A DNA stretch of 64,000 nucleotides from Camelus ferus. Lineage: Eukaryota. The translations under genes and the position numbers were made by a program. Positions 1-13,579 of the stretch are shown here, piece after piece. The notes beneath the pieces were generated by a model. That model was not told the DNA's origin and did no database searches. It was given only the letters and a program-made list of their open reading frames with translations. Each line of letters starts with the position of its first letter. The first letter of the stretch is position 1. The DNA is taken from assembly GCF_009834535.1 (NCBI RefSeq), contig NC_045696.1:6016001-6080000 (forward strand). The letters are read 5' to 3'.

Positions 1-1379
1 CCTGAGCTGGACTCAGCCACTCGGAGACCAGACTCACACATTCCAACGTGCTTAGTGGACAGGGACACCCTGAACCCGGGAGACAAAAGAACAGGTGAGA
101 GAAGAATCAGTCGGCAAACACAGCGTGATCCTAAAATCACTTCATGTCACCGCAGGACTGCTCGCAACACACAGGCTCTCCTGGGAGGTTCCCGCAATTG
201 TTCAGAGCAAGTACAAGATGAAGACGTGTCAGCCTGGCGTCTGAGCTGTAAATGCTGACGATCACCGGGTGTCAGACTCCGCAGGCCCCCCCCCCGGGGG
301 GGCGTGGCTGAGGCCCGGTGATTCAGACCCAGCCCGTCACCTGTGACAGGGAGACCTCAGGCCTGGAGCACGCCCGCCCGGGACGTCTTGCTCAGACCTG
401 CGGCTCCCGCTAGCTCTGGATACCCGGCTCCCATTCCTGGCACCGTTTTGGCTTCCCAATCCGTACCTGCTCTCCACGGGCCTGAGTCCTGTCATCTGAA
501 AGTGCTGGTTCACAGGGAGCCTGTTCCTGGGCTCCTGCGGACCCGCCCCCGCCGCAGGGAGATCTGGAAGGGGAGACTTGCTCTCTGAAATGTGAACAAT
601 GCCAACGCAGTGCTGACCGCCACTGCCCCACATGACACAGTCTCTCATATAAACGGACATCAGCTGCAGAATTTGGGAGCAGGGAGTCAGCAGGCCTTCT
701 GACAACACTTCCACTCCCTCCTCAGAACCTCTGCCACTGGGCTCTCCTCCCTCAACTCCCCCAGGGACAGTGCCCACTGAAGGGAGCGCTGGCAGGCAGG
801 TCCCAAGACCCGGGAGGATGGCGTCTAAACCTGTGCCCCCAAATACCTCATCTTCCCACCTCGACCCCTTCCCGGCCTTCCTCTGCCAGTTTCTGGGCTT
901 TGTACCCAGTTCCCACCACCCTGCTTCCCCTTGGCCTTTTCTTTTCTGCTGAGAAGGAGAAAAGCCATGAATTAGGATCCAGGCCCACGTTGCCTCTCCT
1001 CTGGGGCGGGGGTGGGGGGGGTCCATGTGGCCTGTTATCAATGGGGGTTCCTAGGTCCTGAGTTTTCAGTGCTAAAGCCAGGACAGTCCCCAGCAAACAG
1101 GACAGTTGGTCGCCTCCTTATTAGTTACTCCCTTAGGGTTAAGAATGGTGATTCTTACAATTATTTTGATCCTGAGTCTTCTGAGAATCTTCTAGCGTGT
1201 GTATGGGCCCTTAGACACATCTCTTTGCATACATTTTCAGGGATGCTGAGATTGGCTTAACAATTCACAGGGGAATTTGGCAACCCATGGACCTGTCCAG
1301 AGACCCAGGGCAAAGACCCAGCCCATGGGGAGGGAGCTGGACATTGTGCTTGAGTTCATGAGCTCTGGGGACAGAGTGA

Positions 1380-1690
1380 GCCTGCTTTCTGGCCAAGCTG
1401 GGCCACTTCCAGCTGTGAACCCATGGCCAAGTGTCCTAACCTCCCCAAGCCTCTCCTTCTGCATCTGAGAACCTGAAATTAGACCTGCTTCATAAGTGTG
1501 GTGAAGACATAACAATACAGAAACAGTGCAAAGTATAGATCCCTGCACACGTGAATCTGTCCAAAACATATGCGGAGATGCTGTGTGCCGAGGACTGTTG
1601 TGGGTTCGAGGTATGTCAGGGAACAGGACAATATCCTTGCCTCCGAGAGCTGGGGTTTTTGTAGATTAAGGCTTAATAAATAGTAGCTGT
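1380..1690. mobile_element. MIR followed by L2 fragment
   Basis: MIR core-like cagctgtgaaccatggccaagtgtcctaacctcccc; L2 3'-like gtgccgaggactgttgtggg...tccttgcctcc. Confidence 0.5.
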
Positions 1691-2138
1691 TTTGATTTCT
1701 GTGGTTATTAATAACAGTTGGATTCAGAACTTACCAGTACATCCACTTTTATGTCTGCTCACGGATGGTCACCTGACAGTGCTATCCTCTGCAGGGGTGA
1801 AGGCTGACAAGCTTTTAGACTGAGGGCAAAAGCCTCCTGTGTCTACCTTTATTAAAACACTGTTATAACACAACATTGTAAATCAGCTGTATTTCAATTT
1901 TTAAGAATAATAAAGTAAGATTTTATGATAAAAAAGAAACCCATGCTGTCATGGCCTCAGTGCTTCAGTCTTTCTTACTGGTATTTTAAAGAAGTTGATC
2001 TGAGTGCTCATCGTCACGTTTCTAATTGAAGAACTTTCACTTCTTCTTCCAATAGGTTATTTAGGCCTTCTGTGACCTCTTGCTGAACTGTGATCTTTAC
2101 AAGCAAACAGTTCTCACTTGTCAAGAATTGACAGGGAG

Positions 2139-2247
2139 CGGGGATGGGGACATCTCAGGAGTAGAGCACATGCTTAGCATGCACGAGGTCCTGGGTTCAA
2201 TCCCCAGTACCTCCATTAAAATAATAATAATAATAAATGAAATAAAA
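2139..2247 (+). mobile_element. Camelid tRNA-derived SINE (Vic-1-like) with 16-bp TSD
   Basis: tRNA-like head (gtagagcacatgcttagcatgcacgaggtcctgggttcaatcccc), A-rich tail, TSD aagaattgacagggag at 2123-2138 and 2248-2263. Confidence 0.9.
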
Positions 2248-3609
2248 AAGAATTGACAGGGAGACCCCAAATGGGACCACTGGGTCACTGAGGCACAAAA
2301 TAAATGTTCTGGCCACCACCCATCAACCCATGCAGTTCCAGTTTAGGGTCTCAATAATCTGCTCATTATCTGTATTGTGGTTCACTTTTCCTGCTCAGCT
2401 GAATGTGGTTGCCCAGAGAACAATTCCCAGGTCCCAGTTTCAAGCATGCATCCATTTCCCCCAGGGAATCTGGGCGCTGCAGAAGCCAGCGGGGGAGGCG
2501 TGAACACTGGGAAGCCCTGGCCAGTGCGAGCAGGCGAGGCTGGCCTGAGGGTGGGCTGGCAGCAGCAACGGGCTCTGGCCTAAGGCCTTGGCCCGTCTTT
2601 GCTGACATCGGAGCCTTGGAGCAGGGCTGCTGACGTGGACTGGGTGGCTGTTTACTATATTTTTTTTTAACAGCTGCACTTCCAGTAAGACCTGAGAACA
2701 CGCCACAACACCCTCATTTACAGCACTGAGCGTGTCACTCAGGCAGCATGTGGGCCAAGAAAGGGAGAGTCCAGGAAAGGTGGGGTTAGCTGGCATCGGG
2801 AAAGTCACCTGACGTAAAGAGAGCACCTGGGGTAAACCAGATGGCTGCATCAGCGCTGCCCCAGAACATGCTGTGGGCTGTGCTTTGGAGGGTCAAATCA
2901 TAGAATTTCTTCTTGAGAAGGTCCAAGTAGCCAAGGCTTCGTGGTCTGGGAATTAGTGGGAACTGGCCTCAGGTTGGCTGGCTTCCAGGGTGGTGTGGGC
3001 AAGTCATTTCTCATCTTGGAGCCTCAGTGGCCCTCGCTGGGCAATCGGGGCGCTCGCAGCCTGTGGGGAGGGGCACTGCCCAGGGCCGGCGTGGGGGCTC
3101 CTGGGGTGCCGACCTCCGTCCTCCCGGCCGTGAGACCGCGGGAAAGGCCTTTCCTTGTGAAGATGCAGTCTTGTCATGTGTTAAGCGGAGACGTTTATGT
3201 ACCTGTAATCTCTCAGTGCTGTTTTGAGCGTCTGTGTGATAAAGCACACAGGACGCTTAGCCGAGTGGCAGGTGCCCAGGGAGCCCTCAGCACTGGGAAG
3301 CTCCTACCAGCACCAGCACCCGTGATGAGCGTCTGTGGAGGGCTCTGCGTGCAGGGAGCGCTGGGCGGGGAGGGTCTCGGGTCCCCTCCTGCTGCAACGT
3401 TCAATACCTGTGATCTCGTAAAGGGCCACTGTCTCTCCTAACGAAGTTACCCACGCCTCCATTTCCATCTCATTCAGATTCCTAAAACCTAATCAGTTAC
3501 TTTTTATTTAAAACCATTTCCCTAAGGCAAAGGTCAAGCTGTCCATTTGAGATGAGAGATGACAATGATAACAGTAATAATAAAAAAATAGTAACAATAA
3601 ATTCCTTTT

Positions 3610-3790
3610 TACGCGGTGCTGTAGACTTGACACAGCATTGCCAAGTGCTTTATCTCACCTGGAACCTTCCAGCAACCCAGTGAATGTGACGAGGACCAGG
3701 ATCCCCCACGTGTTGCAGGTGGGGAAACTGAGGCTCAGAGGGACTGTCTAAGGTAGCACGGGGAACGAGGTGGGGGAGGACTGGAAGCCA
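3610..3790 (-). mobile_element. MIR SINE
   Basis: gcaggtggggaaactgaggctcagaggg core. Confidence 0.65.
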
Positions 3791-4259
3791 TGTCCCCTAC
3801 TTCCAGATCTTATGTCTTACTAAAGCGAAACGGGATAGTAGCTGGTTTTTCCAAATCTGAAAAAAAAATGCAAAAAGGTGTATAGTTTGTTGTCCCATCT
3901 TTGTTTGAGAGGCCATGTGGGCCCACACAGCCCAGGTTTGCTCTCTGGGGGTGTGTGCACGTCACCGCGTGCAGAGGACTGGCTCCAGCTCTAGGGATGC
4001 CCTTTACATACACCCTCCTCCAGGAAGACCCTCCCTGGGTGGCCACCTCGTGGTGGGGGGGGGGAGGTCCTGTGTCCTGCATCAGCATTTCATTCTTTTC
4101 TGGGCCAAGCTGAGTGGACTTTTGAAAAGATAAGAAATCTGTGCTGAAGCCGAGGGATGGTCCGATCCAGGTCTCCAAGGGGACAGGGAGATGTCAAAGC
4201 TCGGCAAAGGGAGGACAGTGATTTGCTTATTAAACATATTTGTGATGAGGGAAGTAGAT

Positions 4260-4675
4260 TTTTTTTAAATTGTTTTTAATTTTTTTTGTTGTATAGTCAG
4301 TTTTAAATGTGTCAATTTCTGGTGTACAGCATCATGTTTCAGTCATCCATGTACATGCATATATTCCTTCTTATATTCTTTTCCAGTATAGGTTACAAGA
4401 CGTTGAATATGGTTCCCTGTGCTGTACAGTAGAAACTTGTTTATCTGCTTTGTATACAGTAGTTACCATCTGCCAATCTTGAACTCCTAATTTATCCCTT
4501 CCCAACCCCTTTCCCCTCTGGTAGCCCTAACTTTGTTTTCTTTGTCTGAGAGTCTGTTTCTGTCTTGTAAATAAGTTCTTTTGTGTCTTTTTTTTTTTTT
4601 TTAGAGATTCCACATTTAAGTGATATCATATGGTATTTTTCTTTCTCTTTCTGGCTGACTTCACTTAGAATGACG
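4260..4675 (-). mobile_element. L1 3' end (cetartiodactyl type)
   Basis: T-rich tail, gtcaatttctggtgtacagcat...gattccacatttaagtgatatcatatggtat...acttcacttagaatgac. Confidence 0.85.
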
Positions 4676-5494
4676 ATCTTTAAAACAATACAAACTGGAA
4701 ATGACCTAGCCAAAAAGGACAGGGACAGAGGCCCTGTGACAGGGATGCGGGTGGAGAGGAGGGCTTGGCCTGAGTGCCCCGCCCCCTGCTCCTGCGCAGG
4801 TCTGATACGACCCCGACCCGGGAGGGAAGAGGCCGCAGGGACAAGTCTCATCAGGCCGCTGGCGTCCTGGACCCGACCTCGCCTCCTCGCTCACACGTAG
4901 GCAGCTTATCACGGGTCTTGTTTTGGCTTAGAAATCCTTTAATCTCCCAGGATGGTTTTAATGGATCAGTCTCTATTTTTATTCTTGATGGCGAAGTGAA
5001 TCAGAGGCCCAGCCGACTCCACGGGACTTGTGGGGGCCTGTCCCCAGCACCAAATTCCTTGCAGCTCCCAGCAAGTTCAGGACAGAGCCGAGAGACTGAG
5101 ATGAAAACACCAACGGGAGGGCACCTGCGCTTAGCCACGGAGTCTGGAGCGCAGCAGGCATTCGGCAAATATTTGCTAAAAACAAACATCAAGGGCTCCT
5201 ATTAATTCCAAGCAATTTTCTGCCTCTGCCGCACAGTGTGGGGAAGACATGGTCCTGGCAGCCCGCAGGTCTTTTTCTGAATTGATGAGCCCAGTGCCTG
5301 TATTTTCCCAAAGGGAAATCTCTGTAGATGTGGCTCCATGTTGTAGAAATTTCTAGGCCTTGTGCTTTCCATTTCTATCCATTGTCACTGTGTTTACCCT
5401 CGTCACTCTCTCTAAGGGAGTCCCCGGGGGATGTGGGTGTTCTGTTGAGCCTGTAGGCTCTTTTAGCATTCTTCATCTTCTTCTTTTTTTTTTT

Positions 5495-5995
5495 TTAACA
5501 ACAACATTCTTTATAATTGCCAAGACATGGAAGCATCCTAAATGCACATCGATAGATGAATGGATAAAGAAGATGCAGCATATATCTGTAATGGAATACA
5601 ACTCACCCATAAAAAAGGATTATTTTCCCATTTGGGGCCCTTGATTCACTTTTTTCCCCCACTTCAGCAACCAGAATTTTATAACTGGCATAAACATTTC
5701 CATTGCATCAAAGGCAACAAAATACTTAGAAATAAACTTAACCAGAAAGGTTACCTATACTCTGAAAATTGAAAAACGCTGATGAAGGAAATTGAGGACG
5801 ATATAAAGATGAAAAGATATCTTGTGTTCTTGGATCAGAAGAATCAACATTATCAAAATGGCTGCACTACCCAAAGCAACCTACAGATACAATGCAGCCC
5901 CTGTCAAAATATTCATGACATTTTTCACAAAACTAGAACAAAAAATTCCAAAATTTATGTGGCGCCATAAAAGACCCTGAATTGCCAGAGCAATC
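5495..5995 (+). mobile_element. L1 ORF2/3' fragments
   Basis: Translations IIAKTWKHPKCTSIDEWIKKM and MKEIEDDIK are L1 ORF2-like. Confidence 0.8.
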
Positions 5996-6504
5996 TTTTG
6001 TTCTTTTTGCCTTCTTCTTGATGCTTACCAAAATGCATTCTGGCCCCCATGAAAATGGGATTTGGGTTGTTCTGGTTGCCATTGTCTGGGAGCTGGGGAG
6101 TTACTGGAAACCAGCAGGGTTGTGTTGTAATGATGCCGTTCTGTGTTAAGCTGTCAACACCCTCCCCAAACTGAAGACTGGAGTGTTACACCATTGGAAG
6201 TGGGAAGTGAGGACAATGTGTCCTGAGTCGGGGCTGAAGACTCAGAGTCTGGGGCCCTGGGCATTTGGGGCAGTGTAGTGAGCTGACCCTAATCCCAGAG
6301 GTCCTGAGAGTAGTTGGGCAGAGCTGTGGTCAAACACAGAAGCCTGCTGAGTCCCTGTCTGGCTCACGGATCACGTGGACTGTGCTGAGATCATGACTCA
6401 CACACCTGCTGCAGCTGCCTCTTTTGAAGGCAGATGCTTAGCCCACAGCTAAGCTGAGGGAAGCACCTCTAGTTCGTTCCTTATTCATGGGTGACCATGT
6501 CTAA

Positions 6505-6922
6505 ATTAGTCAGAATTTTCCAGAGAACAATAAGATGTGTATATATCTCTATATGTGTGTAAGGAGATTTCTTATAAGAAATTCACTTATGCAATTATGG
6601 AGGCAGAGAATTTCCAATATCTACAGTCAGCAAGCTGGAGACCCCAGAAGAGCTGGTGTTTCAGTCGAGCGTGAAGTCTAGAAAAGACCAATGTCCTCCC
6701 TCACACAGTCAGGAAGGAGGCGTTCCCTCTTCTTCAGTTTTTTGTTCTGTTCAGGCTTTCAACTGATTGGATGAGGGCCACCCATCTTAGGCAGGACATC
6801 CGTTTCACTCAGTCTACTGATTTAAGTGTTACAGTCATCCAGAAATACCCAGAATACTGTTTAACCAAATATCTGGGCATCCCATGACTTGGTCAAGTTG
6901 ACACATAAAATTAACTATCACA
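6505..6922 (-). mobile_element. MLT2 (ERVL) LTR
   Basis: Ends gtcaagttgacacataaaattaactatcaca; contains gactgattggatgagggccaccc-like core. Confidence 0.75.
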
Positions 6923-7682
6923 ATGTACCAAACCACAATGCCCGTCCTTAGAGAGACTGAGTTGGTTGAAGGTCCTGCTCAAATGAAGTGCCACCACTTT
7001 GTGGGCTGAGTGATGATCTAGGAGGGGCCATAGGAGAAGAGCCTTAAGCAAGGACCACAGCAAATGGCAAGGATGGTTATGGTCTCTCTCCTAGAGACAC
7101 AGGTGGAATTAGTCAGTTGGTACCAAAAGGAGAATCAAGGAGACACCCAGAGAGAAGTGGAGACCAATCAACAGTAGGGGATCTGGGCTCATGGGAGCAC
7201 CGTAGTGATGACCTGGGAACACCTGGTGCCAGTGGGGCAAGAAGACATCTTGGATCCCAGAGCTACCTTCCATCCTGAACAACCTCTTAGGTCACCCTCT
7301 CTGGGGCCAGTAGTACCTGAGATTCTGTCTTCCCCTTACATCCCTTATTATCAAGTAGTTCTTTAAATAGTCCATAAAACTCCAGTTCTTAAGGTGAACT
7401 GAATGAATCTTTTCCCTACCATCAAAAGAGATGAAACTTTATCTACCACACAGGATGAACTAACGTCAATGACGTTCTACTTGACTTTTCAAATTGGTTG
7501 GACTCCAAGGTTAAGAATTGACTCATTCAAGTGTTTTCTGCTCCGTTTCCTTACTTTGCCAGCTGGGTAAGAGCTATACTGGAGTAAGAGAAGCAGAGGG
7601 GGAAGATAACAGGACAGGGCTGGAGACCTTGTAGTTGTGTAGATGCAACTGTTCACAGATTTCATGAGATAGAGAAACATGG

Positions 7683-8422
7683 TGTTAGCAGAGAGAAGGG
7701 CCCCTAGATTAGGAAGCTCACCAAAGTGTGGGTCCTTGCCACTGGCTGTGAAAGAATTTGAGCAGCAGAGGCAGTGGGACAAAGTGAATAGCTGCTTTAT
7801 TGCTCAGAATGGGGCAAAAGATAAGAGTACTCGAGTGGGGAGCCAAGATGAGCTATTAGAGACAGCTCTGGCCCGGGTCAGGCCACGTGGACTTTTATGA
7901 GGGGCTTCTGCCATCTTGTCCTCTTTCCAGGCATGATGGAACCAATCCTTGTATGGGCTTTTCCGGTTGTTGTCATTGCAATTGTCAACAGTCACGGTTA
8001 TGGCGGGTGTGTCATTTAGCAGCTAATGCATTACAATGCGCATATAATGAGGCTCAAGGTCCACTGGAAGTCACATCCCCCACCATCTTGAAAGTTCTAA
8101 CCAGTTCTTGGTTTTTCCTTCTTGCCTCCTGAGACTTAGATAAGAGTAATTGGTTTCTATTCAAGGGAGGGGCAAGGGTATGACCCTGGGGGCAACAGAC
8201 TTGGTAATCAGGTCCCTGCCCCAAGGCTGCACTATTGTTTCTTGACTGTTCCTTCCTTGTTCTGCATTCCCTCCCTTCCCTGATTAGCCAGTGTTTGAAT
8301 CTGCCCTTTGGAACTCAGGAAGGTTAAGGAGGCTGAATGAGGTTTATTGTCTACAAACAAAAAATGGGGAACATGGAAAGATTTGTACCAGGGAGGACTC
8401 CACAGGGTCCTGCTCGGTATCA
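7683..8422 (-). mobile_element. ERV1-type solo LTR (~740 bp)
   Basis: TG...CA ends, minus-strand start tgataccgagcaggaccctgtgg, AATAAA at 7796-7801 near the minus-strand 3' end. Confidence 0.65.
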
Positions 8423-8773
8423 GTGGGATCCGGGCTACTTTCTGAGTTGTTTTCCCCTCTGTTTGCCATCGTGGGCTTTCAGATCACTCAGCTCACTAAT
8501 CTCAGCTTTGATGTTCAGCACAGTAGTTATAAGCCTCCCCTAAGTGGAGCGCTGGGAAGAGAGAAGGAAGCGCTGAGGAGAGAAGTGCTTCCCATGGCAA
8601 CATTACAGTCATTATTTATGTTAGCTCGAGGAGCACAGAAAAATACACACTTGTTCACTTGATAAATATTTCTGAAGCATCTGCTATGTAACAGGTAGGG
8701 TCTTAGGTGCTTAGAAGATGTCAGTGACTAGAATAAAGACTCCTATTATGGGGCATTTACATTGTTGCAAGGG

Positions 8774-9398
8774 TGAGACAGGAGGGAAGGGGTCAGGCCA
8801 CAGCCACTCAAGGAATGACAGCAATTTAACACCAAAATGGTGGAGATTCACCTCCTGGTGGGCTTTGAGGATTAAGAGGTTTAACTTCCAGCAGACCTTG
8901 AACTTCATTATATGCTCATTGTAACAGCGCGGTCCAATAACATGCCCACAGGCACCATGACAGCCCCACAGCTAACTGCAAAAGGCCAAAGAATGAGTGG
9001 TGGCCCAATTCCTGGTAGTCCCAGCCCCTTCCCCAGGGCTGTTGGATTAATCACACCTGTAGGCGTGTGAAGCTACTGAGCCCATAAAAACTGTCAACAC
9101 CATGCCTAGCGCCCTGTTTTGCTCCCTCCCCTTCGGAGACAGCCCGCACTCTGTCTATGGAGTGTGTACCTACTTTTACTTTAACCTGAGCACCCAATTC
9201 CCACACCTCTTTCCTTGCCTTACACCGTATGGGGTGTGTATCTCTCTAAATAAATCTACCTTTACTCAACTGCGTCTCGCACTTGAGTTATTTCCTGTGC
9301 CAAGCCAAGGACCCACACCTAGCGGGGTATGTCCCAGGGGCTCAACTGAGACCTGGGACACAGCCCTCCTCACACTCCACATCTGATTTTCTGCATCA
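8774..9398 (+). mobile_element. ERV solo LTR (~625 bp)
   Basis: TG...CA ends, TATA-like cataaaaa near 9083, AATAAA 9249-9254, U5-like gccaagccaaggaccc. Confidence 0.6.
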
Positions 9399-10149
9399 GT
9401 GGGATGCTGGGCAGAGGGGAATGGGGCCAGACCATGCAGGGTGCTGGGGAGAAAGAGAAGAATCAAGATGCGCCTGAGCAAAAACAAACAAACAAACAGA
9501 CAAACCCCAAAAATCAAAACAAACAAAAACATGATAGGCAAATGGTATTGGACTAGTTTAATCCCTGAGGGAATCAGTGACTCTCTAGGTGGGGGAGGGG
9601 AGCTGCATGCCGTAATTCCCCCAAGCCCCGGAAGGTCTTTGCATGGCTCTTCTCTCCAGGACATCATTATCTTAAGAGGCATCAGCACTGATGGGCAATG
9701 GTGTGTCTTGCTCCCGGTGCACGCACGCAGGGCGGGGAGAGGGTTGAAGACCAATGTTGTAAACACATTGAAATTAACTAATATTTGTTCTGTTGGCTGT
9801 GTGCAAACTCTCTTCTAAGGCACCTGTTTACTTTTATCCCTTATATTCCAACAAAGTATCCTAACCAGAAATAAACTAGAGAACATGGTACATTTTTTAA
9901 AGGCTCTTAAAGGGTATATCTTAATGAAATAACTAGGCATTCCAGGAGAGTTTTCCACATGTTCATTTCAGATCTCAGAATCAATATAAACTTCATCACC
10001 TTCAGATGGAGCTGGACTCTGAGGAGTGGTGACTGTGTGATGGGTGAGTATCTTGTTAAAGTGCTTTTATTCCTTAGGAGGTGAGTTTTCTCTGTCATTC
10101 ATAGTCTTTGCCATGCAAACTCACAGATGTTGCCTATTTCTATTTTTAC

Positions 10150-11010
10150 CTTTTCTGACCATTTTTTAAAACTTGAAGTGTAACTGAAGTATACTAAAAT
10201 GTGCAGCTCTTAAATGTTTAGTTTGATAAGTTTGGACTGTTGACTGATAATCACCTCTATCAAGATTTAGAGCAGATCCACCGTCCCAGAATGTTCCTTT
10301 CTGCCCCCTTCCAGTTAATTATTGGCCCTCCCTCAGGACCTTGGAGACAACCATTCTCTGACTTCTCTCAGCATAGATTAGCTTTGCTTGTTCCAGGGTT
10401 CCAAATAAATGGATGCTTCCGGTATGTGTTATTTGTGTGTGTGTTTTTGAGATGCATTCATGGGGTTATACTCATAGGTGACTTATTCCTTTCTTTTGCT
10501 GCGTAGTATTCCATTGGATGAGTATACCACAATTTGTTTATCCATCCTCCTGTTGATGGAGATTTATTCTTTTTGTATTGTAAATAAAACTTCCTGCAAG
10601 ACGGGCTTTCATTTCTCTTGGGTGAGTAACTAGAAATGGAATTGCTGGCTCACAGGGTAGATGACCATTTAACTCTAAAGGAACAGCCAAACAGATCTCT
10701 AAAATGGTTATACTGTTTCATTCTCTCCTAGCAATGTACGATAGTTCCAGTTGCTCTACCTCCTGGCCAACATTTGGTGTTGTCAATCTCTTTTTTTTTT
10801 TTTTTTTTTTTTTAGCTATTCCAGGGGATGTGAAGTGCCAACTCGCTGTAGTTTTAATTTTCATTTTTCTGATGACTAATACTGTTGAGCAACTTTTCAT
10901 ATGCTTGTTGGCCTTTCATATGTCTTCCTTTGTGAAATGTTGTTCAAGTCTTTTGCCCATGTTTAAAATTCAGTTATTTGGTTTTTCATGTTAATTTGCA
11001 GGAGTTTTGC
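10150..11010 (-). mobile_element. Old L1 (L1M) 3' region
   Basis: gtagtattccattggatgagtataccacaatttgtttatccatc; gaaatggaattgctgg. Confidence 0.75.
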
Positions 11011-12621
11011 TATTTATTTCTGTACTTGCTTTTTTTCCCTGGTGATGGTGACACAGGTGGACAACAGTCCAATCCTATCAAACTAAACATTTAATGTACT
11101 CTCTAAAGTCCTTGAGATATTTTACCAATTCTCTCTATAGTACTCACCACAATCTTTGTCAATAGCAGATACTTAATATTTATTGGGTTGTCAGCAAGAA
11201 TTACACTCTGCCGGTACCATGGCATAACTTGTTGATTTTATTAAAATAATTCAGTCAAGTGTATATGTATAATTTTTTGATTGACGGCACCTTTTACTTT
11301 TCAAACTTTGAATTTGACATTCCTTTTTTTTTTCCCCCCAATATCTTGACCTTTGGCAAACATTCAGTGTATTTATCTCCAAATGCTTTAAGCCAATGTG
11401 GCATATGCTGCTTGAGTTTGGAAACTATAATAAACTTTATAGTTAATCTTTATCAGATTTAGGAAGATCTGAAGTTTTCATGGTAGGTGGTCTCTTCTAG
11501 AAGTTAAAATATTTACAGTCTTAAAAAACAGAACATTATGTACTGTTATCTTAGGTTTCTCTCCTCTTCTGAGGTTTGTGAGTTATTTCCTGACCAAGAA
11601 CCAGAGCCTAAGGGGCAGAAGGAAGAAATATAAATACTTTTATTTGAAGATAAGGATGGTGAGCATCAACAAAGAGAATATATGAGGCTTTTCAAATCTT
11701 GTCTCCCTTCCAGTTTTGTCAGCCAGAGTGTTGTAAACGTATGTACTGCTTTGAAAGAACACCTGCAATGATGTCATCTTCATATCCTTAAATTAGTTTC
11801 CAGGCAGACTGGCCAGCTCGGGAAAGCTGGAGAAATATTTCCACTCTCGTCTGTTTGAACTTTGTTTTAGACTCTTTGCTCTCGGGTATTATCCCATGTT
11901 TTAGAGAAGCTCCTCAGATTGCTTCAGAGAAGCATAATCTTGAATCTTGAAAATATTAAGTAGCCAATGAATTTATTATATTTCAATTGATTGGTTTTAA
12001 ACTCAAGTCAATTCAACAAATCAAAAAAAAATTGAGGGGACCTCAGAATAAATATTTGCTTGTTGCAGATAATATAGCATAAAAGTATAGAGAAGACAGA
12101 AATGCCCTGAAAATCCATCTCATAAAAATAGTTATTATTAAAATCTCCGATTTACTTGAAGTCTGTTTTATTTTTATTTTCATGGGACTTTATATCATCT
12201 CTATTTGACAAAAAGGAGTAATAATGAACATACTCTTATGGATTCTGGGTTTTGCCTATTCCGCTTTGTTATTTCTAGGAGGATTTCCACACATCATCAC
12301 AGGTTTTTAACGGTCACGTTTGTGCTGCATCTCCATCAAGTTCTGTTGTTTTCCTTATGCTGTTAATAAGCATTAAGTCTTTTCCACCCATGAGCGCGTA
12401 CTTTCCGTTTGCTTCATGTTGGTATATGAAGCAGCTATTGACTGTTGTACATCTATTGTTTTTAAAATCTGGCTCTTTTGCTAAGGTTTCTTTTAAATTC
12501 CAAGTGTTTCAGGTTGATTCTCTTAGGTGTTTTAGGTTACCTAATCATATCATTAGCATATAATAAATTTTTTGTCTGCTCTTGGCCGACAGTTACAGCT
12601 CTTATTTCTCTTTCAGATCTT

Positions 12622-12776
12622 TTTTTTTTTTAATGTCAGTTACAATGTGTCAGCTTCTGGTGTACAGCATAGTGTCCCAGTCATGCGTATATATACCTAT
12701 ACTCATTTTCATAAAAGATTATTATGAGATATTGAATATAGTTCCCTGTGCTATACAGAAGAAATTTGTTTTTTTA
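12622..12776 (-). mobile_element. Short 5'-truncated L1 3' end with 9-bp TSD, inside older L1 remnants
   Basis: TSD tcagatctt at 12613-12621 and 12777-12785; same family as 4260-4675. Confidence 0.8.
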
Positions 12777-13579
12777 TCAGATCTTATTTCCTGAATCAGA
12801 TCTTCTTAAGCAACATGAAATACTAATGCTCAAAGCAGACACGCCTGCCCTGTTTCTGATTTTAATAGGAACACCTTCAGTGATTCACCATTAAGCAATA
12901 TGTTGGCCATTTGTTTATGTAATTACTATGGTGGGAAAGAAGTATCCTTTAGTTCTAATGTTCCCTAAGAATTTTTTCAAATTTGGGAATGTGTTATTTA
13001 TTGTCCTTTAAACCACTATTGAAAGTGGGTGCTACTGGCATGAAATATTATAATGTCAGATTTCCCTTTTACAACCCCAGGCTAGGAAAGGTTTTTTTTT
13101 GGTCATGATAGAAACTTTCTTTAAGATACTATTATTTTGTAGCTACTTTATTTAAGATTTTAAAATTACTCTTATGTGAGATTGGTTTCTTTTTTTTTTT
13201 TTTTTGTATTATCTTTGTTAAGTGCTTAAATTAGGGTGAGTGTAGCTTCATGAAATAGACTGTGCAGCTGGCCATCTTTTTCTGTGCTTTGAAATATTTG
13301 ACATAACCCAATCCCTTAAAAATTTGCAAGAAACTTTTGAGATACATTACTTGTATTTTCTGTTTCTTCTGTGGTTAGCAATCTGTTGACATTTTAAATT
13401 TCTTCTTAGGTCAGTTTTACTAATAAGTCCAGAAAATTATGCCACTCCCCCACCCTTTTCTTTTTAAGATTTCCGATTTATATTTTGCATGGATAGAACA
13501 TCACAATTTGCTGTGAGGTTTGTCTTCACCTCAGTTTCATTTACATATTAGGCCTTGTTTTCTTTCTTGACAAAAATGA

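Noticed and set aside
337..1041. 234-aa minus-strand ORF
   Set aside because: Non-ATG start, no recognisable domain, GC-rich composition; likely a chance ORF.
2139..2215. tRNA-like sequence
   Set aside because: SINE head with A-rich tail and TSD, not a tRNA gene.
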